DNA of 64,000 bases from Prorocentrum cordatum (GCA_963575745.1 CAUYUJ010000049.1:1-64000); one strand, 5' to 3'. Positions 22,481 to 33,738 are shown, numbered from the stretch's first letter. Numbers and translations are program-made. Notes: generated by a model not told the origin, from the sequence alone.

Positions 22481-25400
22481 CCGATGGGGGAGGGGGGCCG
22501 ACCCGCGCCAGCGGCTCGAGCAGATGAGCTGCCAATCACCCCCGCTCCGACGTGAACATCATCAAGGTCGCTGGGACATGGCCCTGCAGGATGCAAGACG
22601 CTCGGGCATGTTCGTGCTCTCTCCTCTCGCTGCGGATGCTCGAGTAGCCTTGAGACGGGCGTCCGTTTCTTACCTGTCGGTTTAAGCGCGGTGTGGCTCA
22701 TGTAGGGCAGGGACAGTGCGACCCGTTCGCTAGACGGCGACCCCATCTCTCTACTGGATAGCGAGTCGATCATTCGATCCGATGGCCAGAAGGTCAACGG
22801 GATGGGGAGGGGCACGTCGGGGAGGGGGGGTCGGGGTGGTCAACTATCGAGTGATGCTGGGGCGGCGAGCTCCAGGCGGGAGGGTGGCCGAAGAATACTG
22901 TGCGGAACATGGGTCTGACGGTTAGAGGCGGACGCAAAACGTCTTCCGATTTTCGCCTATCCTAAAACAGCGCCACCATCGCAACCGTCTCCAGGCAAAC
23001 CCACGCGTGAAACGGGTCGATGCCCGCCTCGCTGGAGAGGCGGGGCGGCATCTCAGGCCCACTGAGCAAAGCTCAGTGAAACGCCATGGCAGCTGGTGCC
23101 GCCTGGCTCACCGACGCCCGATGCTGGAACTTAAAAAGAACCGCTGGCCTTTGCATGATTCCTCCTCGTCTTCGACGTCCTCCTCCTCCGTGGCCGCCTT
23201 TCCGCCTCGTCCTCCTCGCCCTCCTTGTCCTCCCCCTCCGTAACCTCCTGCCGTCGTCGCCGCATGATGCATCTGAGCCCCCTCCACGCCTGTCATCGTC
23301 CCTCGTCCTGCTAGTTCCTCCCTACCTCCTATCTGTCGCGATTCGAGGCGGGCCCTTACCTGAGCCGCCCGAATCCTGCGATCGCTGCAAGGGCAACAGC
23401 GGCGAACGGAAAGCCTGAGTAGGCATTTCCCACCAGCAACCGTGCCGTGCAATCATCGAGCGACTCGTCCGCCCCGAAAAAGCCGATGAGCCGCAGGAGC
23501 AGCTCGCCTGTCACCAGCCTGGCGCGGCAGACTCTTCTCGGGAGGGGCCCTCTACTCACCGCGTCGCCATCCTGCCCCACGCTCACCTGCCCACATCCTC
23601 ACCCCCCTCGCATCAGCCTCATCGCCCCAACGCCCATTCACCGCATCATCGTCGTCACCCCTAGCACCCCCAGGGGTGCCTCCAGTGCTTCTGCCCGTCC
23701 TCTGTCATCACGCGGAGCATCAGGACGCTCTTCGTGGTGAGCGTGGGCATGTAGTCGCGGAAGATGGCCCCTGAGCTGTCGGCCCCCAAAGCGAACCTGA
23801 GGCTCAAGTTGATGTCGGCCCACTGCATGGGCCCAGGAGCGGAGGGCCAGGGGTCGCATTCCTCACCGCGCACTGCAACCTGGGACAGGGATCGAAGACT
23901 GCACGAGGTCAGCAGGAGGAGGGGGGAAGGAGAAGGAGAAGGCGAAGGAGCAGGAGCAGGAGACGGTGAAGGAGAAGGATAAGGGCAAGGAGAAGGAGAA
24001 GGGGAAGGCGAGGGGGGGCGGAGGTGGATGGGGGAAGGAGAAGGGTGCTGGACAAAGGCCCACAGGCTGGGAGGAGGCCAACTGACTTTACGACTCCGAT
24101 CGTCGATCATCGTGGACTGCCCGGCGCCACGTCCTCCTCCTCCGCCACCTCCCTCTCGCCTCGCCCCCCTCCTCCGTCCCGTCCCTCCTCCCCGCCGTCT
24201 CCCTCATCTCTCCTCCCACCTCCGCCGCCCTCCTGCGCCCGCGCCCCCTCTCCGTCCCCCCCCCCTCCTCCGTCCTCCACCTCCTGGCTTGCATTGCCCC
24301 GCGAAGGGCCTCGATCTGCGCGTGGGTGAGGTGGGCAATCACCGTCTGGAACTCTGGGTCGCAGGCCGTCAGGTTTGGCGGGTAGTCCAAGCCCGCGCTG
24401 CGATAGTACGCCATATGCACGTCGCTGTTCCCCTTGGGCCGCTTGGCCCTGGGCGGCGAGCGGCCCTCGTGAGTCGGAATGTCCTTCCAGTTGAAAAAAG
24501 CTTCGATTGGAAGTTCGGGCAATTTCATCGAGGGGACCATGGCCGCGACGACAGAGATGCCCGCATGGTGCGCGTCGTCCAGAATCCCCACCAAAGCCAT
24601 CCGTATGCGTTTCACAGGCGACCCATACTCCTGCGCGCTGACGCGCATGGCCTCAGTTCGCTGGGGACTGGAGGTCGGAGCAGCACGCAGAGAGAGGGAG
24701 GAGACAAGGGAGGGGGATACCAAGGAGAGGGAGGGGCAGGGGCAGGAGGGAAGGAAGGCGAGGGCGCGGAGGGAAGAGGGCGAGTGGTCGATCTCGAGGG
24801 AAGCCAGACCAGGTGACACCGCAGGGGGGGGCGGGCGAGGTCGAGTCGAGGTCAAGGTGGCTAACCAAATCTACATGCACCCCCGGCGCCCTTTCGCGAA
24901 TCAAAAAAAACCATCGGCCCCCCTCGAACCACATCGGAAACGCTCGCATCAGATCCGACAAGACCAGACCGAGCCCACGGCCCGCGACGAATATCCGCAG
25001 GTCTGCAGGAAGGCGCATATCGCCACGCTGTCGGCGCACACGCCAGGCTCCACCTCGTTCATAAGGGCGGTAAGGTTTTCGACAATTACTATGGCTGGCC
25101 GCGCCTTCTGGATGTAGTCGGCGGTATATCGCCAAGCCTCGCCCGTGGCCCCTTCCCCAGTCTGCACAGGAGAGAGCCGCTTACCCCTCGTCGCAGAGTT
25201 GAGGTTACTCTTGGTGGTGCACGTGAACCCGGCAGCAAAGATACCAACCGTAGGTACAACGATGCGCTTGCCAGTCTTGACGTCGAGTGCGCGCGGCGGC
25301 GGCCGCTGGGGCTGGGCGGGAGAGGAGGAACGAGGGAGGAGAGCGGGTCATAAGCAGGGGGGCATGGGGGGGGCGCCCTTCAAGGCGCGGTCGAAAGACC

Positions 25401-26289
25401 TCCAAACTCGAACAACGCACCCGCTCTTCACAGGCACAGGCTTCATCGACTACATAGGCACAAAAGGGAAAAGCGTAAATTGGAATGACAAACGGGGCCG
25501 CATCCTCCTCCGTCTCCACCTCCTGCACCTCATCGGCATCCACGTTCACCTACACCTGCATCTCATCTCCACCTCCCGCCGCATCCTCCACCGCCTCCAC
25601 TGAACTCCTCACGAACGTCGGGCCGAGGGCCAGACTCTTTCATGTCGCCAAACAAGTGGAGCACCTCTGGGAACTCCCGCTGGAGAAAGCTCTGCTGCAA
25701 CACCCCTTTCTCGCACCGGAAGATAAACTGGAAGGTAAAGTCCCTGTCAAAGCGCTGCCGCCACTCTTCCTCAAACGCCAAGAAGATCTTAGCGATCACG
25801 TCGCTCCCGCTGAAGCCTCGCGGGGGCGGCCGCGGGGGCGGGGGTGCGCTGCGGCCGAGGACGGCGACGTAGCAGAGCACGGAGGAGGGCCGCATGGTGA
25901 GGGGAGAGCAACTGGACGAGAACGACAACAAGACGACGGACGCGGCGGAGGTCCAGGACGATACGACGAGACGGAGGGGAAGGCAACGACAGGTGAGCGA
26001 CGAACGACGAGCTCGGAGGGCGTGACGCCCCCACCGCCTCATCCTTCCCCTCCCCCAACCGCGGCTGGGCCTGTGCCAGCGCGAAGCCCGCCAGAGGCTA
26101 CTCCAGCAAGAAGGCTCGGCATGTGATGATGATGATGATGATCATGATGACGCGCCTTGAAAGGTCGGTTCTCCCAAAACACAAACCTGAGAAGCCACCA
26201 ATACGCCAACTGCGTACGGTAGAGAAAGAGGGAAGGCGGGCAAGAAGCTGGAGAGGAAGTAGCAGAACAAAGATGAATCCCAGCCCAGG

Positions 26290-26440
26290 ATTGAAACCCG
26301 AGATACTAAACGACATCATGAATGGAGACTGCCTGTCCGATACTGAAAGAAATCATGATTGAAACCCATGATACCGAAAGAAATCGTGAATGATTGAAAC
26401 CCATCCTAAATTGAACCCATGATACTGAATGAATGAAATC
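26290..26440. repeat. Degenerate tandem repeats in the LINE 3' UTR
   Basis: Recurrent ATTGAAACCC(ATG)ATAC(T/C)GAA units. Confidence 0.7.
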
Positions 26441-27017
26441 CACCACCAGGACCCTCTCGCTTTGAATAAAGGTGCGAGCAATGAGAAACGTAATGCAAGG
26501 TGATGGGTTATGCTTAAATTGATCAAAATATCTTGAGTGGCTTGAGTAACTCGAGTAACTTGAATAACTCTTGACGCCGAACTTGGGGGCATATGTTCCC
26601 ACGGCCAGAAGTGATTAAGAAGTGAAGAGAACTTTCTTTGAGTCCCTTGAAGCCCAATATACATAAGTGTCAACCCATTCGAATAAATGTGGTGAAAGAA
26701 AGAAAGCCTGACATAAACTGAATGTCTCAAGCACGCAATGACCCAGAATATACGGAGGCATACAAAGGAAACTGTAAAGCCGAGTGAGCCCAACCGTGAG
26801 AGCCCACCCCAGGTGAATCAAGGCATACGAGGTAGTTGAATTCAAACATGTATGACGCGAGAGGGCTGTGAATGTTTATGGTTTGTATTTTGCCAACTAC
26901 CGACGTTGAGGAACATGCAAAGGAGATTGAAGGAGAACTGAGAGACCTCCAAAAGCCGCAGGCCCATGCACCGCAGATGCCAAGAGGTTCAGACTGTGGG
27001 AGTCCCAGGAGAGGTCT

Positions 27018-27263
27018 TCACGGATACTTCCAACGCCACTTTTCAACAAAGAAGTCTCCGTCCCACCAGTAGTCAGATAGGTACCAAACCACTGGGTGGG
27101 GCCAGCCAGATTCAGGGTCGAACCACGTATCATAGTACTCCGTGTACCAGACTTTGGTGTAGACTTTTTCCTCTTCGCAGTAGTTCCACATTCCACCTGA
27201 GCCGTGAGTCCACTTGAGACGCTTCCTGGCTGCTAGCTTGGCTGGGAGGCTGCGTTTGACCAT
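27018..27263 (-). CDS. LINE cargo ORF-D, 81 aa, Trp/Tyr-rich, unknown function
   Basis: ATG at 27263 (MVKRSLPAK..) lies 55 nt downstream of an SL-like 22-mer. Confidence 0.45.
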   Translation of the reverse strand: MVKRSLPAKLAARKRLKWTHGSGGMWNYCEEEKVYTKVWYTEYYDTWFDPESGWPHPVVWYLSDYWWDGDFFVEKWRWKYP

Positions 27264-27318
27264 CCCCTGAATTGTATATGGATGTTCCCAGCCGTTTTGG
27301 ACAAGAGTTCCGTCAGGG

Positions 27319-27340
27319 TTTGAGGCGAAACGGCTACTGA
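27319..27340 (-). other. Spliced-leader-like relic
   Basis: TCAGTAGCCGTTTCGCCTCAAA, 17/22 identical to DCCGTAGCCATTTTGGCTCAAG; overlaps the stop codon of the previous ORF. Confidence 0.65.
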
Positions 27341-27660
27341 CCAACAGCCAGTTCTTTCCAAGGGATTCTCCGGACCCTTTCGTCAGGTCCCCTAACGTTT
27401 ACATACAGTCTATTAAAGCCGCTGTCCCGACAAGCTTTGAAGAGCGGAATTTTGCACCAGTCATATGTGAGATGTGGACCACCAAGGTCCGAAGGTATAA
27501 GGAACCGAGCAGGCAACTTGACCGCCCTTTGGAATAGCAGCGTAGAGCAGTATGAGAGTGCTTCAAGGTCTTGTTTGGACAGGAAGCAGACTTGGCGTTT
27601 AGACCTGCAAAGCTTCCCCTGAAAGATAACGTGAGGGTCTGACGCCTTGGGAGGTAGCAT
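27334..27660 (-). CDS. LINE cargo ORF-C, 108 aa, unknown function
   Basis: ATG at 27660 (MLPPKASDP..) lies 8 nt after CCTGCAGTCTCGGGCTCAAG (27669-27688), which has an SL-like 3' end. Confidence 0.45.
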   Translation of the reverse strand: MLPPKASDPHVIFQGKLCRSKRQVCFLSKQDLEALSYCSTLLFQRAVKLPARFLIPSDLGGPHLTYDWCKIPLFKACRDSGFNRLYVNVRGPDERVRRIPWKELAVGQ

Positions 27661-27936
27661 ACCGAAAGCTTGAGCCCGAGACTGCAGGGGAGCGACAGGA
27701 GGCAAAGGGCAAGAAAGGGCCCACCAGAGGCGGACAGAGGGAGGCGGGATTGTTGCGAAGCCACGGTGTCCCTGAGATCGCAGAGATCAGGCGGGTCCCA
27801 GATAGAATCGCACAAGTGACATCTCCTGGTGTCAGCCAATCCCGAAGGCGGGAGGCAAGGAGAGAGAGAGAACACAAAGAGGTCTTGGAACAGACCCAAA
27901 TGTAAATTCCGTGGGGTGTCAAATACCCCCGCTCCA

Positions 27937-28806
27937 TTAGTATTGGAGCCTGTTCTCTGAGGCTGCAATCAGATAAGATACCCATACCTCTGAGGATTCC
28001 GTCACATTAAATTTGTGCACTTGCATTCCGTGGAACATTGCCACGGCAAACTTCCGAGTGTGGGGAGCACATGGGCCGCGAAAAAGGCGACGGTCTTTAC
28101 CGGTCCTAGCGAAAGACCCATGTTGATCAGCAAACGTCAAAATGGACCGAATGGAGCAGATGATGGGAGAAATCCCCTGAATGATGTTCCAGAACCGATC
28201 AGGCTCAACATACCCCGCTCCCAACCCTAACTCCATCAAATCTCCGATGAGCTCTAACCACCGAGAAGTGTCGGGTTCCCTGTTCCACCGTTCTCGGACC
28301 ATCCTCTGTACATCGGTGGCACGACCAGCGATTGATCGAAGCTCCTCAATGGACTTGGACGAAGCACTGGTAGGTTGTCTTCTTTGAAGATACCTGGCCA
28401 TTTGGCCCCAAATGTTCCACCAGACGGTGTAAATGAAATTCCCAGGATCTGACCATCGATTGTCGTAGAACACGGCGCCCTTGTATGACATTGTCTTGAT
28501 CTGTACAAAAGACATAGAGCGTACTGCAATTCCCACAATCCCAATAAGGTCTTTGCATGCCTTACTAGAGAAGAAGGCCTCAAAGAGATTCCATAGCTGC
28601 CTGAGAGGTATCTCGAATTCGCGTCCCCTCTCGTACATGTGGAGTGTGACACATCTCCGTGGGTTGTACGATCCTGAATTTAAAGGAACGATCTCGGAAC
28701 TTTCGATTGCCAGTGCACGTGGGCAGGCGGATGCCCATGCCTCGAAGATACAGCACTGGAGCGACTTTGAATTCCATGGCCTGACAACCCTCTGAGGGGC
28801 AAGCAT
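27937..28806 (-). CDS. LINE cargo ORF-B, about 289 aa, unknown function
   Basis: Intact complex ORF (open from 28956); the ATG at 28806 lies 55 nt downstream of an SL relic. Confidence 0.65.
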   Translation of the reverse strand: MLAPQRVVRPWNSKSLQCCIFEAWASACPRALAIESSEIVPLNSGSYNPRRCVTLHMYERGREFEIPLRQLWNLFEAFFSSKACKDLIGIVGIAVRSMSFVQIKTMSYKGAVFYDNRWSDPGNFIYTVWWNIWGQMARYLQRRQPTSASSKSIEELRSIAGRATDVQRMVRERWNREPDTSRWLELIGDLMELGLGAGYVEPDRFWNIIQGISPIICSIRSILTFADQHGSFARTGKDRRLFRGPCAPHTRKFAVAMFHGMQVHKFNVTESSEVWVSYLIAASENRLQY

Positions 28807-28861
28807 GAGAGTGTGTTCCCAGAAAACTTGAGAAGAGGTTGGGGCAGAACGTGCAAAGCTA

Positions 28862-28883
28862 ATTGAACCAAAATGACTACAGA
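28862..28883 (-). other. Full-length spliced-leader relic
   Basis: TCTGTAGTCATTTTGGTTCAAT, 18/22 identical to the dinoflagellate SL; three of the four differences are C-to-T. Confidence 0.8.
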
Positions 28884-29512
28884 AAGCAGCCAAGCCAAAC
28901 AGGCCAACCGAAAGACCAGTAACCGAGGGAAGGAGAGATAGAGAAAAGAGATGCACTTTATCAGGAATCGGGCGGCAGTCAACGTCCTGGCCAGCAAGGT
29001 GAGATTAACAATCCCAGGCCGAACCCATTTGTACTGAAGTGAAGAGGCAAACTGAACACCAAACTATCCCAAGAAAGAGCTTGAAACATCGAGGACTTGG
29101 ACAAAGGGTGAGCAACAACCCCACTTAACCCCGTCAGCCGAATAGAGAGGAATAAGATGCAGCCCCAGCTCCTGCGAGGTGACCTGGGGGCCTCATGCCC
29201 CGAGACACACATGATTCCAAGCATTCCCAGATTGAAACGAAAGCCATAATCTTGGCAAAGTGAAGAGGTTGACAACCCCATCCAAACCCGTTTTGAACTG
29301 AAGTGAAGAGCCCAACTAAGGGCGAAGCGGACCCAAGTTAAGAAACGTCCATCGAGGCTGTGGGCAAAGCAAGAAACGACTCCACTACTTTGGCCCTGAC
29401 GGACATATTGAGAGCAGAAATTAATTCATGCCTCCGAGGAAAGTCCTGGAGTCTCCGATTGAACCAGAGTTGAACCAAAAGAGAGATGAGGGCCCGAAGG
29501 GAACTGCCTCAG

Positions 29513-30823
29513 TCACATCAGGAAACGGGGTTTGCAGAGCAAGTGGCACCTAACATTGGCACCGTTGTTGCCAGACTCCACCGTTATAAGATCTCCCACA
29601 TCTTCATACATATCCTTGACGTAGAGGAGAACCACAATACAGCTACCAGCGAAGATCTGAGATTTATCGTGTAGCCTCTCCTTCTTAGGGCAGACCTCAG
29701 GGCCAATGAACGCTTCTTTGGTATAAAACCGCGCGTTAAACAAGTGGATGTCCTTGGAGCGAAACGCGTTGAGCCCAAAGTGCCAGAGAATCTTCGTAAC
29801 GTCCCTGGTAGTGAGAAAGCCGTGCTCTCCCAGAACTGGGATACTGTCTGAAATCAGTGGGCCTTGGTTATCGATAATGAAAGGTGTGAGCTCACGAACT
29901 GTGATGATTTGGAAGTGCTCCCCGACCTTGGCCTTGAAGGTGTTCAAGCCTGTAAGCTGGGGAACGAAAACCATAATGTAGCGCCTTGAACTGGTGTGGT
30001 CTGTGCCGCCCTTTGGGGCGAAAATTGGGCATCCAGAATGATCGTACTCCAACTGGGACTTCAGCACTGGAGGGCCTAACTTGCTGATCCAGGGCTTCTT
30101 ATCCTGTTCCCAGCTCTTTGGGGCAGGCTGCGACTTTCGGTCAGGCGAATCGACTTCCGCTTCAGAGCCAGAGGATGAACTCCTGGAGCCTGGTGATTCC
30201 GAAGACGGTACTTCCCAAGTAGTGCCGCCCGCAGGTTTGACAGGTGTTTCCCCACGGTAGTCCTGCGTATCTGGTAGGGCATCATCCGAATCGGGCTTCG
30301 ACCCCGACCCGCCGCCCTGCGGTTGTTTCTTGAACCCAATTGAGTACTGCATCTTCCTGGCAATCGGCGAACGGCTCCGAGAGGCAGAATCTCTCCTATG
30401 CACAGGTGCTGGGGGTGGCGTGGGGAGAATCCTTGCTTCGCGAGGGTCAGCACTGGAGGATGCCTTGGCTTTGAGACCCTGATTTTTGAACTCGACTGAT
30501 CTTGCTTGGTCCTCCTTCTTCTGTTCGAGCTTCTTCTGCAACTTGACTTTCTTCTCCTTCGAGGTAAGAATGGGCTTCGTTTCCATCTTGACCAGACGAT
30601 TCCGAGCCCAACGATCTAAGGCGTGGCGGTCGAAGCCAAAGAAAAGGGGGATAGTCGGCTGAATCAGATTCCCAGTCCAATCCAGATCCTGAGAGTAACG
30701 GGTGTCCGTGGTGAGAGTAAAGGAGGGCCCCGCAGGGCGCAGTACGATAGCAAAGTGTGTCTGGTTGCACCAGACCGAGCCGATGGCTACTGAAGGCGAA
30801 GGTGAAGCGGTTGCCGAACCCAA
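29513..30823 (-). CDS. LINE cargo ORF-A, up to 436 aa (likely ATG at 30586); basic/Ser-rich N-half and globular C-half, unknown function
   Basis: Long intact ORF immediately after ORF2. Confidence 0.6.
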   Translation of the reverse strand: MGSATASPSPSVAIGSVWCNQTHFAIVLRPAGPSFTLTTDTRYSQDLDWTGNLIQPTIPLFFGFDRHALDRWARNRLVKMETKPILTSKEKKVKLQKKLEQKKEDQARSVEFKNQGLKAKASSSADPREARILPTPPPAPVHRRDSASRSRSPIARKMQYSIGFKKQPQGGGSGSKPDSDDALPDTQDYRGETPVKPAGGTTWEVPSSESPGSRSSSSGSEAEVDSPDRKSQPAPKSWEQDKKPWISKLGPPVLKSQLEYDHSGCPIFAPKGGTDHTSSRRYIMVFVPQLTGLNTFKAKVGEHFQIITVRELTPFIIDNQGPLISDSIPVLGEHGFLTTRDVTKILWHFGLNAFRSKDIHLFNARFYTKEAFIGPEVCPKKERLHDKSQIFAGSCIVVLLYVKDMYEDVGDLITVESGNNGANVRCHLLCKPRFLM

Positions 30824-33729
30824 TCGAGCATTTCTTTAGCGAGGCCCAGACGAAACTTTTTGTCCCGAGAGCCCTGCGGAGAAAATAAGGTGGTCCAGGC
30901 ATCCTTGTCATACCTGAAAACGCACCCCCTATGCGAGCGGGAGTGGGTACGGCTGCCACCAGAGTGGTCAAAGGAGCGATTCATAATAACCCAATGCTTG
31001 CAATATTGAAACAGCCTCGACGAAAAATCTTCTGGATGTCTTTGCATGTGTGAAACCCAACTAATAGCAGAATCCAAATGGAAAATAGCCCATGAGACTT
31101 CTTTGAACCCCTTGGTTTTACGATTTCTGCGTAAACTGAATTGTTCGGGGGATTCCCCTGGGAGCCTTTTGAGTTTCAACATGATCCTGATACATTGATT
31201 CTGTGCCTTGGTAATCAAATCCGCCGTCGTCTTGCAAGGGACCCAGGCGGCGCCTCTGGATCGTATAATCCCTCCCGCCATGCAGTTAAGTTTAGAGAGG
31301 CGTTTAGACATGGGGATATGCTCATTAATCAGGAACCTACTGTTAGCCCAAAAGGCCTTGTTGATCTGTGAAATACCCTGCTTGACATCTTCGTGACAGG
31401 AGCCAGTGGCGGAGAGAATAGGGCCCAGCACCTTGGCCTCCGGTACTACAGACCAAGATTTCCCGAAGGGGTCTGACCACTTGTATCCTTGAAAGAAGTA
31501 GGGGTATGCCGGGAGGATTTCCCGATCGTCTTTGAGTTTGAGCCGATGTTCATTCCATAGCTCCGACTCTACCAGGGCAGTCAGAGTTGCAAGATCTTGT
31601 TCCGAGGAAGCCACCACAAAGATATTGTCTGACCAGCTGAGAAGAGCGATCCTGAAGTCAAATCCCAACTGCTCGCAGCGAATGGAAATTCCCAAAGAAG
31701 AATGGGTAATTTTCTCCAGTGTGGAGGCGAAACAATCTTCTACAGAAACGCGCGCCAGTATGCATGCCGTCCCAGCTCCTTGCATCAACCCACGGTCTCT
31801 TTGAATAATCCCAGTGTTTGAGTCCAAAAGTGAAATGGAAACTCGAGGGTTCCTGTGCAACCTGATGCAGCCCACCGCTAAGAAAAGAGGGACTCCCCGT
31901 CCCAATAAACTCCGTAAAACCAACCCATAACGAATCTGGTCATGGTGAGCTTTGATATCAGTAATCCCAACCATTCCTTTGTTAAAGTGATCTCGGCCAT
32001 ATTCTAAAATGTGGTATACACTCGTGTGAAGTTCTTGTAATTGTCCACCTTTGCTTAGCCCAAAAATCAGGCCCTTGAGACCTTTGGACTCAGTGTATGA
32101 ATCCAGAACTGGCAAAATGGCCCTCGCCACATATGCGTGCCCAATCTTGGCAATAGCAGGCTGAGGAATAACAACTCTAGTTTGAGAAGGGGTTCCAAAA
32201 CCTTTGATCTTGTTACCCAGGTGGCCCCCGAATGTGACGTCGTTCCAGAATTCAGGGTTGCCTAAGCAGGCTTGTATACACCCCGTGAGCCTTTGGGACC
32301 AGCCCGAAACTTTTATAACCGCCGTGCAGGCAAACTCTGTGTCGATCTTTCGGGGGGCCTTGATGTCGTCCAGCGCGTCCTCTAGCAAGGAAGGGATGAT
32401 AGGGTCGTCGTAGAAATTGAAAAAACCCAAAGATCGAAGCCAGGCGATGTCCTCCTGGCGCTCCAATTCTGAGAGTCCCCACCTCTCTCTATATTCTTCA
32501 GCAACCAGTGTGGTACAGCGATCCACTTCAAAAATCTTGACTTGATCTACGCAGAAACCCAAAATGGGTAGGAGAGACTTGCGGGAGGCCCAGACTCGTT
32601 TTCCTTGAGAGGCGTTGAGCGCAACCTGAGCCAATTCACGTTGAAGTTTCGTTATCTTGAGCGCTTTCAGTAGGAGCTGACCCAAGGCGACCCTCGAGGC
32701 TTCGTTAAGTTCGGAGTTGAACCGTGTCCTGAGACTCTTGACCCAAAATGGCTCTTCGGCAAATCTCCTAAAACTCCTTGGGAGGGCCTGAGTCGCTTCG
32801 TAAACCTGTCCCAACATATTTTCCCAGAAATCGAAGGAGAGGGTGAGGTCCCTTGGATCGTGATACCTTACCGCACATGAATCATGCTGTTCTTCATCAT
32901 TTAGACGAATAAGTTCCGCTGATTCGGGAAACAGGCCCTGGGCGATCTTCCTGACCTCCAAAATGTTGGTAGGAGTCCAAAGGAGCGGTCTTCTCTTACG
33001 AGCCCGCTGAGGGAAGGCCAGGACATCACAGCCAATAAGGGCATGGTCCCCAGGGACGCCCGCCCAGCAGGCGAAGCAGTCAAAAGATAGGTCACCCTTG
33101 GCAAGAGCAATGTGATCGATCGTGCTATTGGCTTGAGAGAGCGCCTGCTCACCATCGGGCTTCCTAGTGAATTGCATGGAAGTCTCTTGGAACCTGAGAG
33201 GGCACCAATGGAGGTCGAGGTAGGAACAGGCTTCGCAGAACGATCGAAATTTTTGGTCTCCGTTGCCTTGATCTGCATTCATGTCCCCCAACCAGGAGAG
33301 AGTGGACCCCACAGGGCGGGATCGACCGAGTTGGATGGCACAGTTTAGAGAATCATGGAAAAAAACATGGGCAAGATGAGAGAAGAGAAAGGATCTGGCA
33401 TGATGGTGGCGTCCATCGAGACAGTCAGGACGAAGATCAACACGGATAGATCTCCAATCGCAGACAATGTCGTTCACACGTTTTCTCAGAGATTTGTGCA
33501 CAAGCACGCCCATGGCCCTACACCCAGGGCCCGAATGATGACGGTAGAAAGCGTGGCCATTGAAAACGGGGCGAAGTAGCCCATCGTTTTGAAGGCAGCC
33601 CTTGAAATCCGCCTCTAGGATACAAATTAAGCCCCAGCACTTCAGCTCGAGCAAATCTAGGTTGGCTTGCATTAGAGTCTCGTCTGCCCACTTGCCTTGC
33701 ACATTGAGCGCACAAGCGAGGCCCCTCAC
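30787..33729 (-). CDS. LINE ORF2: AP endonuclease plus reverse transcriptase, 980 aa
   Basis: APE motifs LNVQG, ILE, GDMN, IDHI and GDH. RT motifs TDIKAHHDQI, RGLMQG, SWSDN (YADD-equivalent) and KVLG. Confidence 0.92.
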   Translation of the reverse strand: MRGLACALNVQGKWADETLMQANLDLLELKCWGLICILEADFKGCLQNDGLLRPVFNGHAFYRHHSGPGCRAMGVLVHKSLRKRVNDIVCDWRSIRVDLRPDCLDGRHHHARSFLFSHLAHVFFHDSLNCAIQLGRSRPVGSTLSWLGDMNADQGNGDQKFRSFCEACSYLDLHWCPLRFQETSMQFTRKPDGEQALSQANSTIDHIALAKGDLSFDCFACWAGVPGDHALIGCDVLAFPQRARKRRPLLWTPTNILEVRKIAQGLFPESAELIRLNDEEQHDSCAVRYHDPRDLTLSFDFWENMLGQVYEATQALPRSFRRFAEEPFWVKSLRTRFNSELNEASRVALGQLLLKALKITKLQRELAQVALNASQGKRVWASRKSLLPILGFCVDQVKIFEVDRCTTLVAEEYRERWGLSELERQEDIAWLRSLGFFNFYDDPIIPSLLEDALDDIKAPRKIDTEFACTAVIKVSGWSQRLTGCIQACLGNPEFWNDVTFGGHLGNKIKGFGTPSQTRVVIPQPAIAKIGHAYVARAILPVLDSYTESKGLKGLIFGLSKGGQLQELHTSVYHILEYGRDHFNKGMVGITDIKAHHDQIRYGLVLRSLLGRGVPLFLAVGCIRLHRNPRVSISLLDSNTGIIQRDRGLMQGAGTACILARVSVEDCFASTLEKITHSSLGISIRCEQLGFDFRIALLSWSDNIFVVASSEQDLATLTALVESELWNEHRLKLKDDREILPAYPYFFQGYKWSDPFGKSWSVVPEAKVLGPILSATGSCHEDVKQGISQINKAFWANSRFLINEHIPMSKRLSKLNCMAGGIIRSRGAAWVPCKTTADLITKAQNQCIRIMLKLKRLPGESPEQFSLRRNRKTKGFKEVSWAIFHLDSAISWVSHMQRHPEDFSSRLFQYCKHWVIMNRSFDHSGGSRTHSRSHRGCVFRYDKDAWTTLFSPQGSRDKKFRLGLAKEMLDWVRQPLHLRLQ
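32737..32753 (-). other. Spliced-leader-like motif inside ORF2 coding sequence
   Basis: AGCCATTTTGGGTCAAG, 16/17 identical to the SL 3' part; encodes part of EPFWVK. Confidence 0.6.
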
Positions 33730-33738
33730 GTAGGCCTC

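Noticed and set aside
28862..28883. Functional SL RNA gene
   Set aside because: Mismatched to the SL, no GT donor or SL intron follows, and it sits before an ORF like an mRNA leader.
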